20,000 nucleotides of DNA, from the IMG/VR virus record IMGVR_UViG_2814123177_000001, one strand, 5' to 3'. The position numbers were made by a program, and so were the translations under genes. Each line of letters begins with the position of its first letter. Position 1 is the stretch's first letter. Under the pieces are notes generated by a model that worked only from the letters and a program-made list of their open reading frames with translations, did not search any database and was not told where the DNA came from. This DNA comes from an uncultured virus (IMG/VR IMGVR_UViG_2814123177_000001) (taxonomy: Duplodnaviria; Heunggongvirae; Uroviricota; Caudoviricetes). Shown in pieces: positions 7,868-16,024 of the stretch.

Positions 7868-7894
7868 AAAAAAAGTCCAATGGGGAATTGGACT
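7868..7894 (-). terminator. Intrinsic terminator after aimP
   Basis: AGTCCAAT-N5-ATTGGACT 8-bp stem followed by a U-tract on the minus strand. Confidence 0.85.
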
Positions 7895-7922
7895 GTTGAT
7901 TTATTATTTATATTAGCGGTTA

Positions 7923-8099
7923 TCAGCCTCCCCCGATACCTCCACCACCGCCAGGAATGTACATAGGTGACATTACTCCCGACTCTACTTGACTGCTCTC
8001 TTCTTGAGATGTAGGATCTGTTTCTTCTGCAGAAACTACTGGTGCTGTTAATCCGATAATAATTGAAAGTGTTAATAGTAATGCTGCTATCTTTTTCAA
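7923..8099 (-). CDS. aimP: AimP-like arbitrium pre-pro-peptide (58 aa)
   Basis: Not in the ORF track. AAGGGAG RBS, TTG start, MKKIAALLLTLSIIIGLTAPVVSA-EETDPTSQEESSQVESGVMSPMYIPGGGGGIGGG: Sec signal peptide with VSA cleavage site, acidic pro-region, Pro/Gly-rich C-terminus. Lies directly downstream of the AimR-like gene. Confidence 0.88.
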   Translation of the reverse strand: MKKIAALLLTLSIIIGLTAPVVSAEETDPTSQEESSQVESGVMSPMYIPGGGGGIGGG

Positions 8100-8112
8100 G
8101 TTATCTTCTCCC

Positions 8113-9273
8113 TTAAATAATATTTAGACTACTTAATAACGGAGAAACGATTTGTTTATGGGAATCATCTAAGTAACTTAAAGGAAGTTTAGCGAATAAT
8201 TTATTACCCGAATTTAGTAATTTCCCAATAGATTTAACTAGATAATCTGTCGACCCTAACGCTAGACCTTTATAGCACTCAAAGAATGGATCCCCTTTAT
8301 CTTCTATACCTTCTAATATCTCTAAGGCCAAATCCGTTTCACCAATCTTCGCATAAAAATGCGCTTGTTCAATCTTAGACGAATCTTTAATTTCAGTTTC
8401 GGTATTTACTCCCCAAAAAGTACGTAAAAAAGGATAGTCATTTTCTAATACATACATTAACTTATCCTCAAGATTATACTCTTGTAAATAACCAACATAT
8501 TCATCTAAGTATTTAACCGCCATTTCGTAATCTTCAAAGAAATACGAAAGGCTCATATTATAATAAGCGAAAAAGTTGAATCTCGCGCATGTTAGTGGTG
8601 AAAGAATTAAAGAATTTAAATAAAATCTAGCTTTCTTCTCTTCTCCTTTTGCAAAAAGATACACATTTGCTAAAATCTCATTTAACCTCAATTGAAATGT
8701 CTCTTTTAAATAATCATTCATTTTCTTACTTTCTAAATTTAAAGTAATTTCCACAGACATCTCAAGAACCCTTTTGTAATGACCTTTCTTATAATACAAA
8801 TATGCAACTAGTATCTTTTTAAAAATCACCATGTCATACGATTTGACTTTAATGCTATTTAATTGCTTTTCTATATCTTTAATTGATAAATCTTGAGTTT
8901 GAAATTTATAGGCGATACTATACACTTGATGCCACTCTTTACAGGTTGTATTCGATGTATCCATAGTCTTCAAAGCTTTGCCTAACTCATCCAATAAACC
9001 ATTAATAGATAAATACTCAAGCGAAAGCCTTGTGTTTTGTTGTTGTCTCTCTACGATAAAAATTTCTATCGCTTCGATCATTAACTTTTGCTCGTTATTT
9101 GGATTCAGAAATTTAAGTGATTTTAATACATTATAGAAAGATAAATCATTTTTATAGTTAAAAAACTTCGAAAATGTACTATGATGAACATTAATATTTG
9201 CTGCTAACTCGGTTGAATTAATATCATATGTAACGCGTTCCATTTCTGATAATAAGAGTCGACGAAGTGGCAT
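8113..9273 (-). CDS. aimR: AimR-like arbitrium receptor (RRNPP family: N-terminal HTH + TPR repeats), 386 aa
   Basis: N-terminal HTH (ELAANINVHHSTFSKFFN), RLSLEYL and KEW..VY motifs, helical TPR-like remainder, typical length, followed by a secreted peptide gene in a prophage. Confidence 0.88.
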   Translation of the reverse strand: MPLRRLLLSEMERVTYDINSTELAANINVHHSTFSKFFNYKNDLSFYNVLKSLKFLNPNNEQKLMIEAIEIFIVERQQQNTRLSLEYLSINGLLDELGKALKTMDTSNTTCKEWHQVYSIAYKFQTQDLSIKDIEKQLNSIKVKSYDMVIFKKILVAYLYYKKGHYKRVLEMSVEITLNLESKKMNDYLKETFQLRLNEILANVYLFAKGEEKKARFYLNSLILSPLTCARFNFFAYYNMSLSYFFEDYEMAVKYLDEYVGYLQEYNLEDKLMYVLENDYPFLRTFWGVNTETEIKDSSKIEQAHFYAKIGETDLALEILEGIEDKGDPFFECYKGLALGSTDYLVKSIGKLLNSGNKLFAKLPLSYLDDSHKQIVSPLLSSLNII

Positions 9274-9343
9274 ATTGTTTATCTCCTTTGTTTTAAATTA
9301 ACCTAGGTAGGTAGAAATAATTACAAATATCTGTTATATTTAT

Positions 9344-9377
9344 AGTATACTACAAATGTTCATATATGTGAACATTT
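9344..9377 (-). promoter_or_regulatory. Putative sigma-A promoter of aimR (TTCACA-N17-TATACT) overlapped by palindrome AAATGTTCA-N6-TGAACATTT
   Basis: -35 at 9372-9367 and -10 at 9349-9344, each 5/6 consensus with a 17-bp spacer; 9-bp inverted repeat at 9354-9377. Confidence 0.65.
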
Positions 9378-9405
9378 TTGTCCAAAAAATTAACGGAGGT
9401 GTAAG

Positions 9406-9606
9406 ATGATTAGTTATGACCCCTTATTTAAAACTTTAAAGTTTAGAAATTTAGTCATTAGTGATTTAAGGAATAAACCTTTACATCCAACTACAATTGC
9501 TAAAATTAATCGCGGTGAATCTATATCCCTTACTAAAGTTGATGAACTATGTAAGGTTTTGAATGTAAAAATACAGGATATAGTAGAAATTATTATAGAA
9601 GATTAA
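9406..9606 (+). CDS. XRE/Cro-like HTH regulator (HTH_26-like), 66 aa
   Basis: MISYDPLFKTL...TTIAKINRGESISLTKVDELCKVLNVKIQDIVE is a classic HTH_26 pattern; GGAGGTG RBS; divergent from aimR. Confidence 0.9.
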   Translation: MISYDPLFKTLKFRNLVISDLRNKPLHPTTIAKINRGESISLTKVDELCKVLNVKIQDIVEIIIED

Positions 9607-9636
9607 ATCAATTACATAAATATGAGGTGAAGCGCC

Positions 9637-9867
9637 ACGAAACGGGTCGGAAGGTGCTTGATCGGCGACTATCGTAAGCGTATGAAACTAACGCAAACAC
9701 AACTCGGCGAACTAGTCGGCATGGATAAGTCCCGCGTATCGGATTACGAAAACTTGCGCTACGTAATGAAAGTCGATACCGCGAAACCATTTGCCGATGT
9801 ATTCAATTGCTCCATCGAAGAACTTTACGAATGGGTCGACGACGAATCAAGCGACACGGAAGGGTAA
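9637..9867 (+). CDS. XRE-family HTH regulator (start at ACG 9637 or TTG 9658)
   Basis: LTQTQLGELVGMDKSRVSDYEN...FADVFNCSIEELYEW. The SD GAGGTGA at 9624-9630 lies 6 nt before an in-frame ACG. Confidence 0.85.
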   Translation, partial: TKRVGRCLIGDYRKRMKLTQTQLGELVGMDKSRVSDYENLRYVMKVDTAKPFADVFNCSIEELYEWVDDESSDTEG

Positions 9868-9884
9868 GCGAATTAAAACATTAC

Positions 9885-10880
9885 TTACCCGAGGCGCAAT
9901 GTACTCAAATTCACGTACAAAGAACTACGACCTTCCGCCCGAGCAACCGCATCCCTCAACGAAGCCACTCCGAACTTCATCAACGCCTCATTCGCGTCCT
10001 TCACCCGCTGATCCACTCGCACATGTCCGATTCGCACTCGCCCTTTCAACGCCTGCTCTATTTCCGCTCGTAACTTTTCGCCAGCCTTATCGTTATCCGT
10101 TGCGATGAGTAATTCTTCGATTGGCGACGTTAAAATTAAATCGCGCTTAAACTCGTTAAAACTTGCCCCGCCAGTAGCCAGCGCATCGTAGCCAGCAACG
10201 CGCCAACTTAACGCATCAATCTCTGCCTCGCAAATTAATGCGGTCTTGCCTACTCGGTCGATTCCGAATAGCAACTCACGGATTGGCCACGCTCCTTTCG
10301 CATACCAAAACACCTTGCCGCGTGTTTGGCGATACTTTACGTTCGCAAGTCGGCCGTCCGCTTGTCTCCACGGTATCACGACCGCATGACTTTTCGCATC
10401 GAACTTTATTCCTATTTCCGATTGGAAGTTCGCTCCAATTCCGCGCGACTCTAAATACGAATAATCCTCGGCGTATTGCGCCAGGAACTCGGCACCCAAC
10501 GCTTGCCTAATGCGCTGGGGCTTTACGTGTATTTTGCGCAATTGGATCGGCGCATTTTCGTCGGCTGCAAACGGAGCATATTCCGCCAATAAATAGTCTT
10601 CCGTTTCTTCCGCCGTTTCGTTGCGCAGGAATGCGAGTAATTTTACAAGGCCGCCGCTGGACCATTCGTTGTCATAGGCGCCGCTGTCGTGGAAGGTGCC
10701 CGCCGGATAGTCACCGTGTTGTTCGAGCCGCACGAAAAAGCTAGGCGTTCGATCATAGCGAAAAGGACTGGCTGCGATTAACTTGTCGCTGGACCAATTC
10801 GGTCGAGTCCATGCGAATTGTTCGAGTTCCGTACGTACGTCAATGTCAACCGGTTGATTGCGTATATATACCTCCGCCAA
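9885..10880 (-). CDS. DNA primase (TOPRIM, DnaG-like)
   Basis: Start moved to TTG 10880 (AAAGGAGG RBS). YLESRGI, NVKYR, CEAEIDALS, ATDNDKAG and KDANE motifs. Confidence 0.9.
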   Translation of the reverse strand: MAEVYIRNQPVDIDVRTELEQFAWTRPNWSSDKLIAASPFRYDRTPSFFVRLEQHGDYPAGTFHDSGAYDNEWSSGGLVKLLAFLRNETAEETEDYLLAEYAPFAADENAPIQLRKIHVKPQRIRQALGAEFLAQYAEDYSYLESRGIGANFQSEIGIKFDAKSHAVVIPWRQADGRLANVKYRQTRGKVFWYAKGAWPIRELLFGIDRVGKTALICEAEIDALSWRVAGYDALATGGASFNEFKRDLILTSPIEELLIATDNDKAGEKLRAEIEQALKGRVRIGHVRVDQRVKDANEALMKFGVASLRDAVARAEGRSSLYVNLSTLRLG

Positions 10881-11154
10881 TGGTAACGCCTCCTTTGTAA
10901 TAAACTTGTAATAATATCTTACAATAACAGTACACATGTACGCAATAGAAATGTTCGTAATAGCGAATTTTGTCGAATCTTAGTTTCGTGCTATTCATTA
11001 GTTTTCTTATAATCATCTGCACATTCTTTACAACAAAACACTTTTCCATATTGTTTGTAATCAAGACCTAACAGGGTTAAAACTTCACTTTTGCAATATT
11101 CACATTTAGTACCATCAGAAAAATTCATTCATACCATTCCTTCACAATAGTTAT

Positions 11155-11277
11155 CTACTTCTTATTTTTCAATTTATTTTCATAACGTACAACTACCTCA
11201 CATGCCCTGCAATAATAACTAACTACCTTTCTGTCCGGGTATTCTCGCCCGCATCTTTTGCAAATCTTCTTTTCCAT
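11155..11277 (-). CDS. Small zinc-ribbon protein (40 aa)
   Basis: Not in the ORF track. AGGAG RBS; MEKKICKRCGREYPDRKVVSYYCRACEVVVRYENKLKNKK (two CxxC). Confidence 0.65.
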   Translation of the reverse strand: MEKKICKRCGREYPDRKVVSYYCRACEVVVRYENKLKNKK

Positions 11278-11289
11278 AAACGCTTTCTC

Positions 11290-12636
11290 CTAAAATGCAA
11301 ATTGTTTCGCCGCTTCCTCACCGGTTGGCAACTCTCGCAACACTCCATAATCGAATAATGCCGTCAATTCCAAGCGAAAATCCTCTCCGCCATTACGCCC
11401 CTTTTCGATACCTAACATCGCTATATGCTGCTTCTCTACGCTGTCAAATCCGATTAGATTCGTCGCAATATCGAGCAATCGTTTCGATGTTTTCACTTGG
11501 TCACGCGTCGGCATTTTCAACTCGCGTTCGCCAGCATCATCGGTTTGTTTTTTCTCAACGGTCGCCTGCACGGTATAAAAGCCAACGACATCATGATCGC
11601 CGATTATCTGCTCGAATCTAGTTGCCGCATATTCTGCCGCACCGCCAGCCGTTTTGTTTGCGTTCTTTCCATATACATCAGTCAGTCCGTAGAATGGGTC
11701 GATAACAACCGCATCCACTCCGCCTTGCATTAATTCGCGTTCTAAATCGTCGAGTGTTCTCGTTAATTCCTTTCCGCTTTTCCCTTGAAAGAATAACTGC
11801 CCCGGATAATAGGAATCCAGCGTGTCAATCACTTCTATGAATTTATCGCGAACAATATCGTCTAAATTTCCGCTAAGGATTTTCTTGTTCGGAATTCCTA
11901 CCTTACGCCCTAATTCGTCGACCAATAACTCGTCGGTTGCCGTTGCGATAGATATTAACCTCGCAATAGAAACGTATTCCTTTACTTCGTAAGATTTCCA
12001 TAAAACTTTCGCACCTTGACGCAATAATGAGTCGATGATTTTTGCGCTAAGGTATGATTTACCGCGACCTGATTCGCCCATGATTCCGTAAATGTCGCCG
12101 CTGAACCATCCGCCAATTTCCTGCGTAAGTCCTTTAAACGGCGTGTCCCAACGCTTGGCGGATTTCCCTTCTGCGCGCTTTTCATACTCCGCCTTGACGT
12201 CCGATTTAATTTCGGTCAGCGTTCGGCCAATTGATTTTCGAACACTTGTTCTCATTATAGCCGATGATAGGTCGTCTTGCAACCACTTTAGCACGTCAAC
12301 TCCGTTCGGAATTTCTTCGAGTTTCTTCGCTAGTTCGCCGCTATTTACAAGGTCGATTATGTGATTTTTCGCTGCTTGCCCTTTGATTTTACCCGCAAGA
12401 TATTCGTATTGATCGCTGACCATTGGCGTATAATTGAACGACGGGCATTGCGCCACCACGTTCGCATAGGAAGGTGCAGCGCCGCCGTTTTTCGCCGAGT
12501 AGTCCGTTATGAATCGATAGGTTGCCCGCTCGCCGTCCGTTGTCAGGTCGCGTTCGGTGATGCCGTACTTGACGAGTGCTTGCGGGTTATTTTCGTCGAT
12601 GATTTTCGAAAATAGTAAGTTTGCGTGTTGACTCAT
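11290..12636 (-). CDS. Replicative DnaB-like (SF4) helicase
   Basis: Walker A GESGRGKS, SYE, Walker B VVIDP, Q motif, IEKGRNG; AAAGGAG RBS; upstream of the primase. Confidence 0.9.
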   Translation of the reverse strand: MSQHANLLFSKIIDENNPQALVKYGITERDLTTDGERATYRFITDYSAKNGGAAPSYANVVAQCPSFNYTPMVSDQYEYLAGKIKGQAAKNHIIDLVNSGELAKKLEEIPNGVDVLKWLQDDLSSAIMRTSVRKSIGRTLTEIKSDVKAEYEKRAEGKSAKRWDTPFKGLTQEIGGWFSGDIYGIMGESGRGKSYLSAKIIDSLLRQGAKVLWKSYEVKEYVSIARLISIATATDELLVDELGRKVGIPNKKILSGNLDDIVRDKFIEVIDTLDSYYPGQLFFQGKSGKELTRTLDDLERELMQGGVDAVVIDPFYGLTDVYGKNANKTAGGAAEYAATRFEQIIGDHDVVGFYTVQATVEKKQTDDAGERELKMPTRDQVKTSKRLLDIATNLIGFDSVEKQHIAMLGIEKGRNGGEDFRLELTALFDYGVLRELPTGEEAAKQFAF

Positions 12637-12850
12637 TTCGTCAGCTCCTTTCGGTTGCTTATCCGTTTATCAGTACTTTATAACAAGTGATTATTCTTGG
12701 CAATACCGCCTAAATCGCTGTCCTTAATATCCATTGTTTACCAGCTATTGTTCTTATATGAAAGTATATTGTTCCACCATTAGATTTCTGTTCCACTCAC
12801 CCCAAATCACAGAACTAGGCCAAATATCACATTTTAATATTTTTTTTTAT

Positions 12851-13432
12851 TCATCGTTTGATTTCGCATATCTTCTTCAATTCCGCTTCCACTTCCGCAA
12901 TCTTTGCCGCATACTCCTGTTCGCCAGTCTCCGCGAACTTCTTACGATTCCAATTCGCAATATCCAGTAAGTTATCGATTTGGTCGGCGCGTTCCTTTCG
13001 GGCTGCCTTTCGCCTTTCCGCTTCCTGCGCTGACAATTCCCTTGCGGTCGGCTTGCGTGGTTCCTTCGGTTGTTTCCCGTACAGCATGCGCATCTCCTCC
13101 ATTCCTCTATTAAACTCTCGCTCAATAATCTCGCTTTCTCTTTCGGTTAATGGCGACATGTAATCCGTCAAGTCAATCGTCGGCTGTCCGACCGTGGTTA
13201 AATATTCATCCGCGTTGGCTGCCGGCGCAACTAACGTTAAATCTTCGACGTCTGCTTCGAGCCATTCCAGCGTAAATGCTCCATGCAATTCGTATACCAT
13301 TTCGGTCCATTCTTCGTCGGGATATTCGTAATGTTCTTTGCGTCGACCATCTACGACGAATACTTGCGGCCAGTAGCCAGCGACACGGACCAAATCGCCG
13401 AAGTTAAATTGCGGTTTCTTTTCGTTGGTCAT
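12851..13432 (-). CDS. Hypothetical phage protein (193 aa; SH3-like N-terminus, coiled-coil C-terminus)
   Basis: PQFNFGDLVRV start typical of small beta-barrel domains; AAGGAGG RBS. Confidence 0.7.
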   Translation of the reverse strand: MTNEKKPQFNFGDLVRVAGYWPQVFVVDGRRKEHYEYPDEEWTEMVYELHGAFTLEWLEADVEDLTLVAPAANADEYLTTVGQPTIDLTDYMSPLTERESEIIEREFNRGMEEMRMLYGKQPKEPRKPTARELSAQEAERRKAARKERADQIDNLLDIANWNRKKFAETGEQEYAAKIAEVEAELKKICEIKR

Positions 13433-13622
13433 TCGGTTGCCTCCTTATCGTTGTAGCTATAGCGTTTAATAATTCATTGAGACTTACTTCGACTGCAATA
13501 CGACTATATGTGAACGAATCAATTACTTCTTTTCTATGACGGAAGGTTTCGCCGACTCCCAATCCAGTTTGAATCGCGAATTGTATTAAGCATTTTCGTT
13601 CAAACACTATATCCTTGGTCAT
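13404..13622 (-). CDS. Hypothetical protein (72 aa)
   Basis: AAAGGAG RBS and ATGA overlap. Confidence 0.6.
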   Translation of the reverse strand: MTKDIVFERKCLIQFAIQTGLGVGETFRHRKEVIDSFTYSRIAVEVSLNELLNAIATTIRRQPNDQRKETAI

Positions 13623-13822
13623 TCGACGGACTCCTTTCTGAACGTTGTGGAAATCGGAAACACCTCACGCCCATCATCGTTTATTATTTTGAATATTAGT
13701 TGGCTATGTGACGGATGAACTTGCGTAACTGTGTATGTCTTTCCCTTCGTTGTTCCGTCGGGGAAACCGCACCAAGCCACCGCGATTAATTTGTCGCCTA
13801 CTTTGATATCCCCGTTCTTCAC
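13619..13822 (-). CDS. Hypothetical small beta-barrel protein (67 aa)
   Basis: Start moved to GTG 13822 (GGGGGA RBS, GTGA overlap): MKNGDIKVGDKLIAV...TKGKTYTV...NDDG. Confidence 0.65.
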   Translation of the reverse strand: MKNGDIKVGDKLIAVAWCGFPDGTTKGKTYTVTQVHPSHSQLIFKIINDDGREVFPISTTFRKESVE

Positions 13823-14574
13823 TTTCGCATCCCCCTTTGCGATTTCCCTACGAACCCCAACTCGGCACATTGATCGCGCATTCTATCGTAAAGCCTCGCG
13901 TCAAATACTCGTTCCATTTCCACCAATGGCAAGTTCGAAGTGTACACCGTCGGCAATCCGTTCGTCACACGCGCATTAATTACTGCATGTAAGTCGCCGC
14001 GGAATGCCTCGGTTGCATTGCGGACACCAATATCGTCGAGCACTGCGAACGGCGCCGTCTTAGCTGCTTGCATTTGGCGATAATACTGACGGCTTGCCTC
14101 TTCGCCAATGTCGGCCGGAATGTTGCTGCGGTTAAACTCGTTGAACAACGTTTGCCAGGCGTTGACATCGAGCATATAAGCCGGAAGAGAACGCGCCTGC
14201 CTACCGCGCTTTAAACTTCCGATATAATGTTGCGTTAAATATTCATTCAAGATCGCGCTTGCTGTCGTCGTTTTACCCGTGCCAGGACTTGCGCTGTAAA
14301 GATAAAGCGATTTTATGCGGTCGCCAGTCACATCATCGAATTGCCGTTCGAATGTTCCTACGTATGCCTCCACCGATTTATATACTTTCGCTTGTTCCGC
14401 TCTTGCTGGCGAATTCGCTACCGTCACGAGTCTATAATCGTTGGGCACTCCACTCGCTCGCAGTCGGCTGTTCGTCGCGATGAAATGCGGGCACTGGAAA
14501 TTGCACGATTTGCCGTTCGCGACGGTGCAACGGTCGGCTAATACGCATTTGCTTGCGTGATCGTTCGTTGTCAT
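13819..14574 (-). CDS. DnaC/DnaI/IstB-like AAA+ helicase loader
   Basis: Start moved to ATG 14574 (AGGAG RBS). N-terminal Cys cluster, Walker A SPGTGKTT, Walker B VLDDIG, INAR...PTVYTSN, RLYDRM. Confidence 0.9.
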   Translation of the reverse strand: MTTNDHASKCVLADRCTVANGKSCNFQCPHFIATNSRLRASGVPNDYRLVTVANSPARAEQAKVYKSVEAYVGTFERQFDDVTGDRIKSLYLYSASPGTGKTTTASAILNEYLTQHYIGSLKRGRQARSLPAYMLDVNAWQTLFNEFNRSNIPADIGEEASRQYYRQMQAAKTAPFAVLDDIGVRNATEAFRGDLHAVINARVTNGLPTVYTSNLPLVEMERVFDARLYDRMRDQCAELGFVGKSQRGMRK

Positions 14575-15266
14575 TCGCTCACTCTCCTCTCTTTTTCTGC
14601 ATAACATTCATTTACATATCTGATATAATCTTCTTTTGACATATCGTTTTCCTTAGCCAAATAGTCAATTAGTTTATCGAACTTCACAGTTTCAAGACTG
14701 TATCGGGAATTGTAGGATTTAAACCACTCGAAAGGGTTTTTATCACCTTTAGACCTATTTAAAGTATCTTCTATAAGAATCATATTCTCTTTTACTGAAC
14801 CTACTTTGCCCGTAGATAACGTAATGAAATGATCCCAAACTAAATTGGATTCTGCACCGCTCAACGCACACTTCCCTTGGAATGAATCTAAAATATCGCC
14901 TAATTCATTTTTAGTGATGGTCGCTGGCAATCCGAGATGTTTAGCTCTTTTTCTATGTTGAATCGCAGCCATTGCTAAAGGATTTTCTCTTGCCCACTTA
15001 GCAGAAGCATTTCTGCACTTATCGTAGTTTTCGACACGATATTTTTTATGACGTGATTTTTCTTTATCTTCATTAAGTTTCCTGTAAATTGCTTTTGCAG
15101 AACTTTCGCAAGATTTACATCTGGCATTTCGACCACCAACCCCTAATCTGTTTCGATAAAAATCGAATAAAGGTTTTGTTTCGTTGCAAACAGTACACAT
15201 TTTAGCATTGAATAGGTCACCATCTATATATAACTTTACAATTTTATGCGGGGAACCTGCGGGCAA
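14571..15266 (-). CDS. HNH endonuclease with N-terminal zinc finger (putative homing endonuclease)
   Basis: KMCTVC...F...RCKSC zinc finger; CALSG...DHFI.....G...N........NRSKGDK HNH core; visibly more AT-rich than its neighbours. Confidence 0.85.
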   Translation of the reverse strand: MPAGSPHKIVKLYIDGDLFNAKMCTVCNETKPLFDFYRNRLGVGGRNARCKSCESSAKAIYRKLNEDKEKSRHKKYRVENYDKCRNASAKWARENPLAMAAIQHRKRAKHLGLPATITKNELGDILDSFQGKCALSGAESNLVWDHFITLSTGKVGSVKENMILIEDTLNRSKGDKNPFEWFKSYNSRYSLETVKFDKLIDYLAKENDMSKEDYIRYVNECYAEKERRVSE

Positions 15267-15268
15267 TA

Positions 15269-16024
15269 TTATTCACTCCAATCGATTGTTAAATATTCGG
15301 CAGGCACGTCTAAACCTAATGCACGGCGCAACGCTATTGCACGCCCAATATGAACGTTAAAGCAGTCGGTCGGCGCACACTTGGCGATTCCTTTTGCTCG
15401 AATTTTACCGCTACTGACTCCACGCAGGAGGCAGACAACCGTACGCTTTTCTTTATTGACGATAAATTCAACGTTACATGACCACGGATCCCAACTATTC
15501 GGATCGTTAACGAAATATTGTTTACCGTTTCCTTTCGTATTTTTAAGACCCACCACATCGCGCTTTGCCTGTTCGATAATCTCATCGCGTTGTTGCTGCG
15601 GGGTTTTTAACGCACGTCTTGCCGCATTCCCTAATCGGTTTAATGCTTTAGCGATTTCCTCTCCGTTCAATTGAATCGAATGCCCAAATTGAACTACCGT
15701 TTCCTTTTGCGATTTGATTACAACTTCCGCCTGTGCCTTCGCCTTAATTGCGTCCAGTAACTCTTCGTATGAGTAGTCCGTTAGTTGCTTAGTTTCCATT
15801 TCGTTTTCCTCCTTCGGATTAACTTCCTCGATAATAACTTCGTATTCACAATCCGCTACCCCTGCGTTTACTCCTTCGAATTGAACGAATACACTCTCTA
15901 CGCCTAAGCCTAACACTTCGCCCACATTTCCGTTTTTATACCGATGTTCCCAATCGTATTTATTCGTAATCAATATGCGTTCGCCTACTTTAGCCCTGCG
16001 TTTAACTGTGCGAAATTGTTTCAT
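15269..16024 (-). CDS. Hypothetical phage protein (251 aa), probable fusion of two genes
   Basis: N-terminus paralogous to 16021-16221; C-terminal GIAKCAPTDCFNVHIGRAIALRRA motif common in phage proteins; internal AAGGAGG-N8-ATG at 15799. Confidence 0.75.
   Translation of the reverse strand: MKQFRTVKRRAKVGERILITNKYDWEHRYKNGNVGEVLGLGVESVFVQFEGVNAGVADCEYEVIIEEVNPKEENEMETKQLTDYSYEELLDAIKAKAQAEVVIKSQKETVVQFGHSIQLNGEEIAKALNRLGNAARRALKTPQQQRDEIIEQAKRDVVGLKNTKGNGKQYFVNDPNSWDPWSCNVEFIVNKEKRTVVCLLRGVSSGKIRAKGIAKCAPTDCFNVHIGRAIALRRALGLDVPAEYLTIDWSE

Noticed and set aside
10846..11064. 72-aa ORF upstream of the primase
   Set aside because: No RBS. It overlaps the primase start and an AT-rich region with TTGTAA/TTACAA repeats that looks regulatory.
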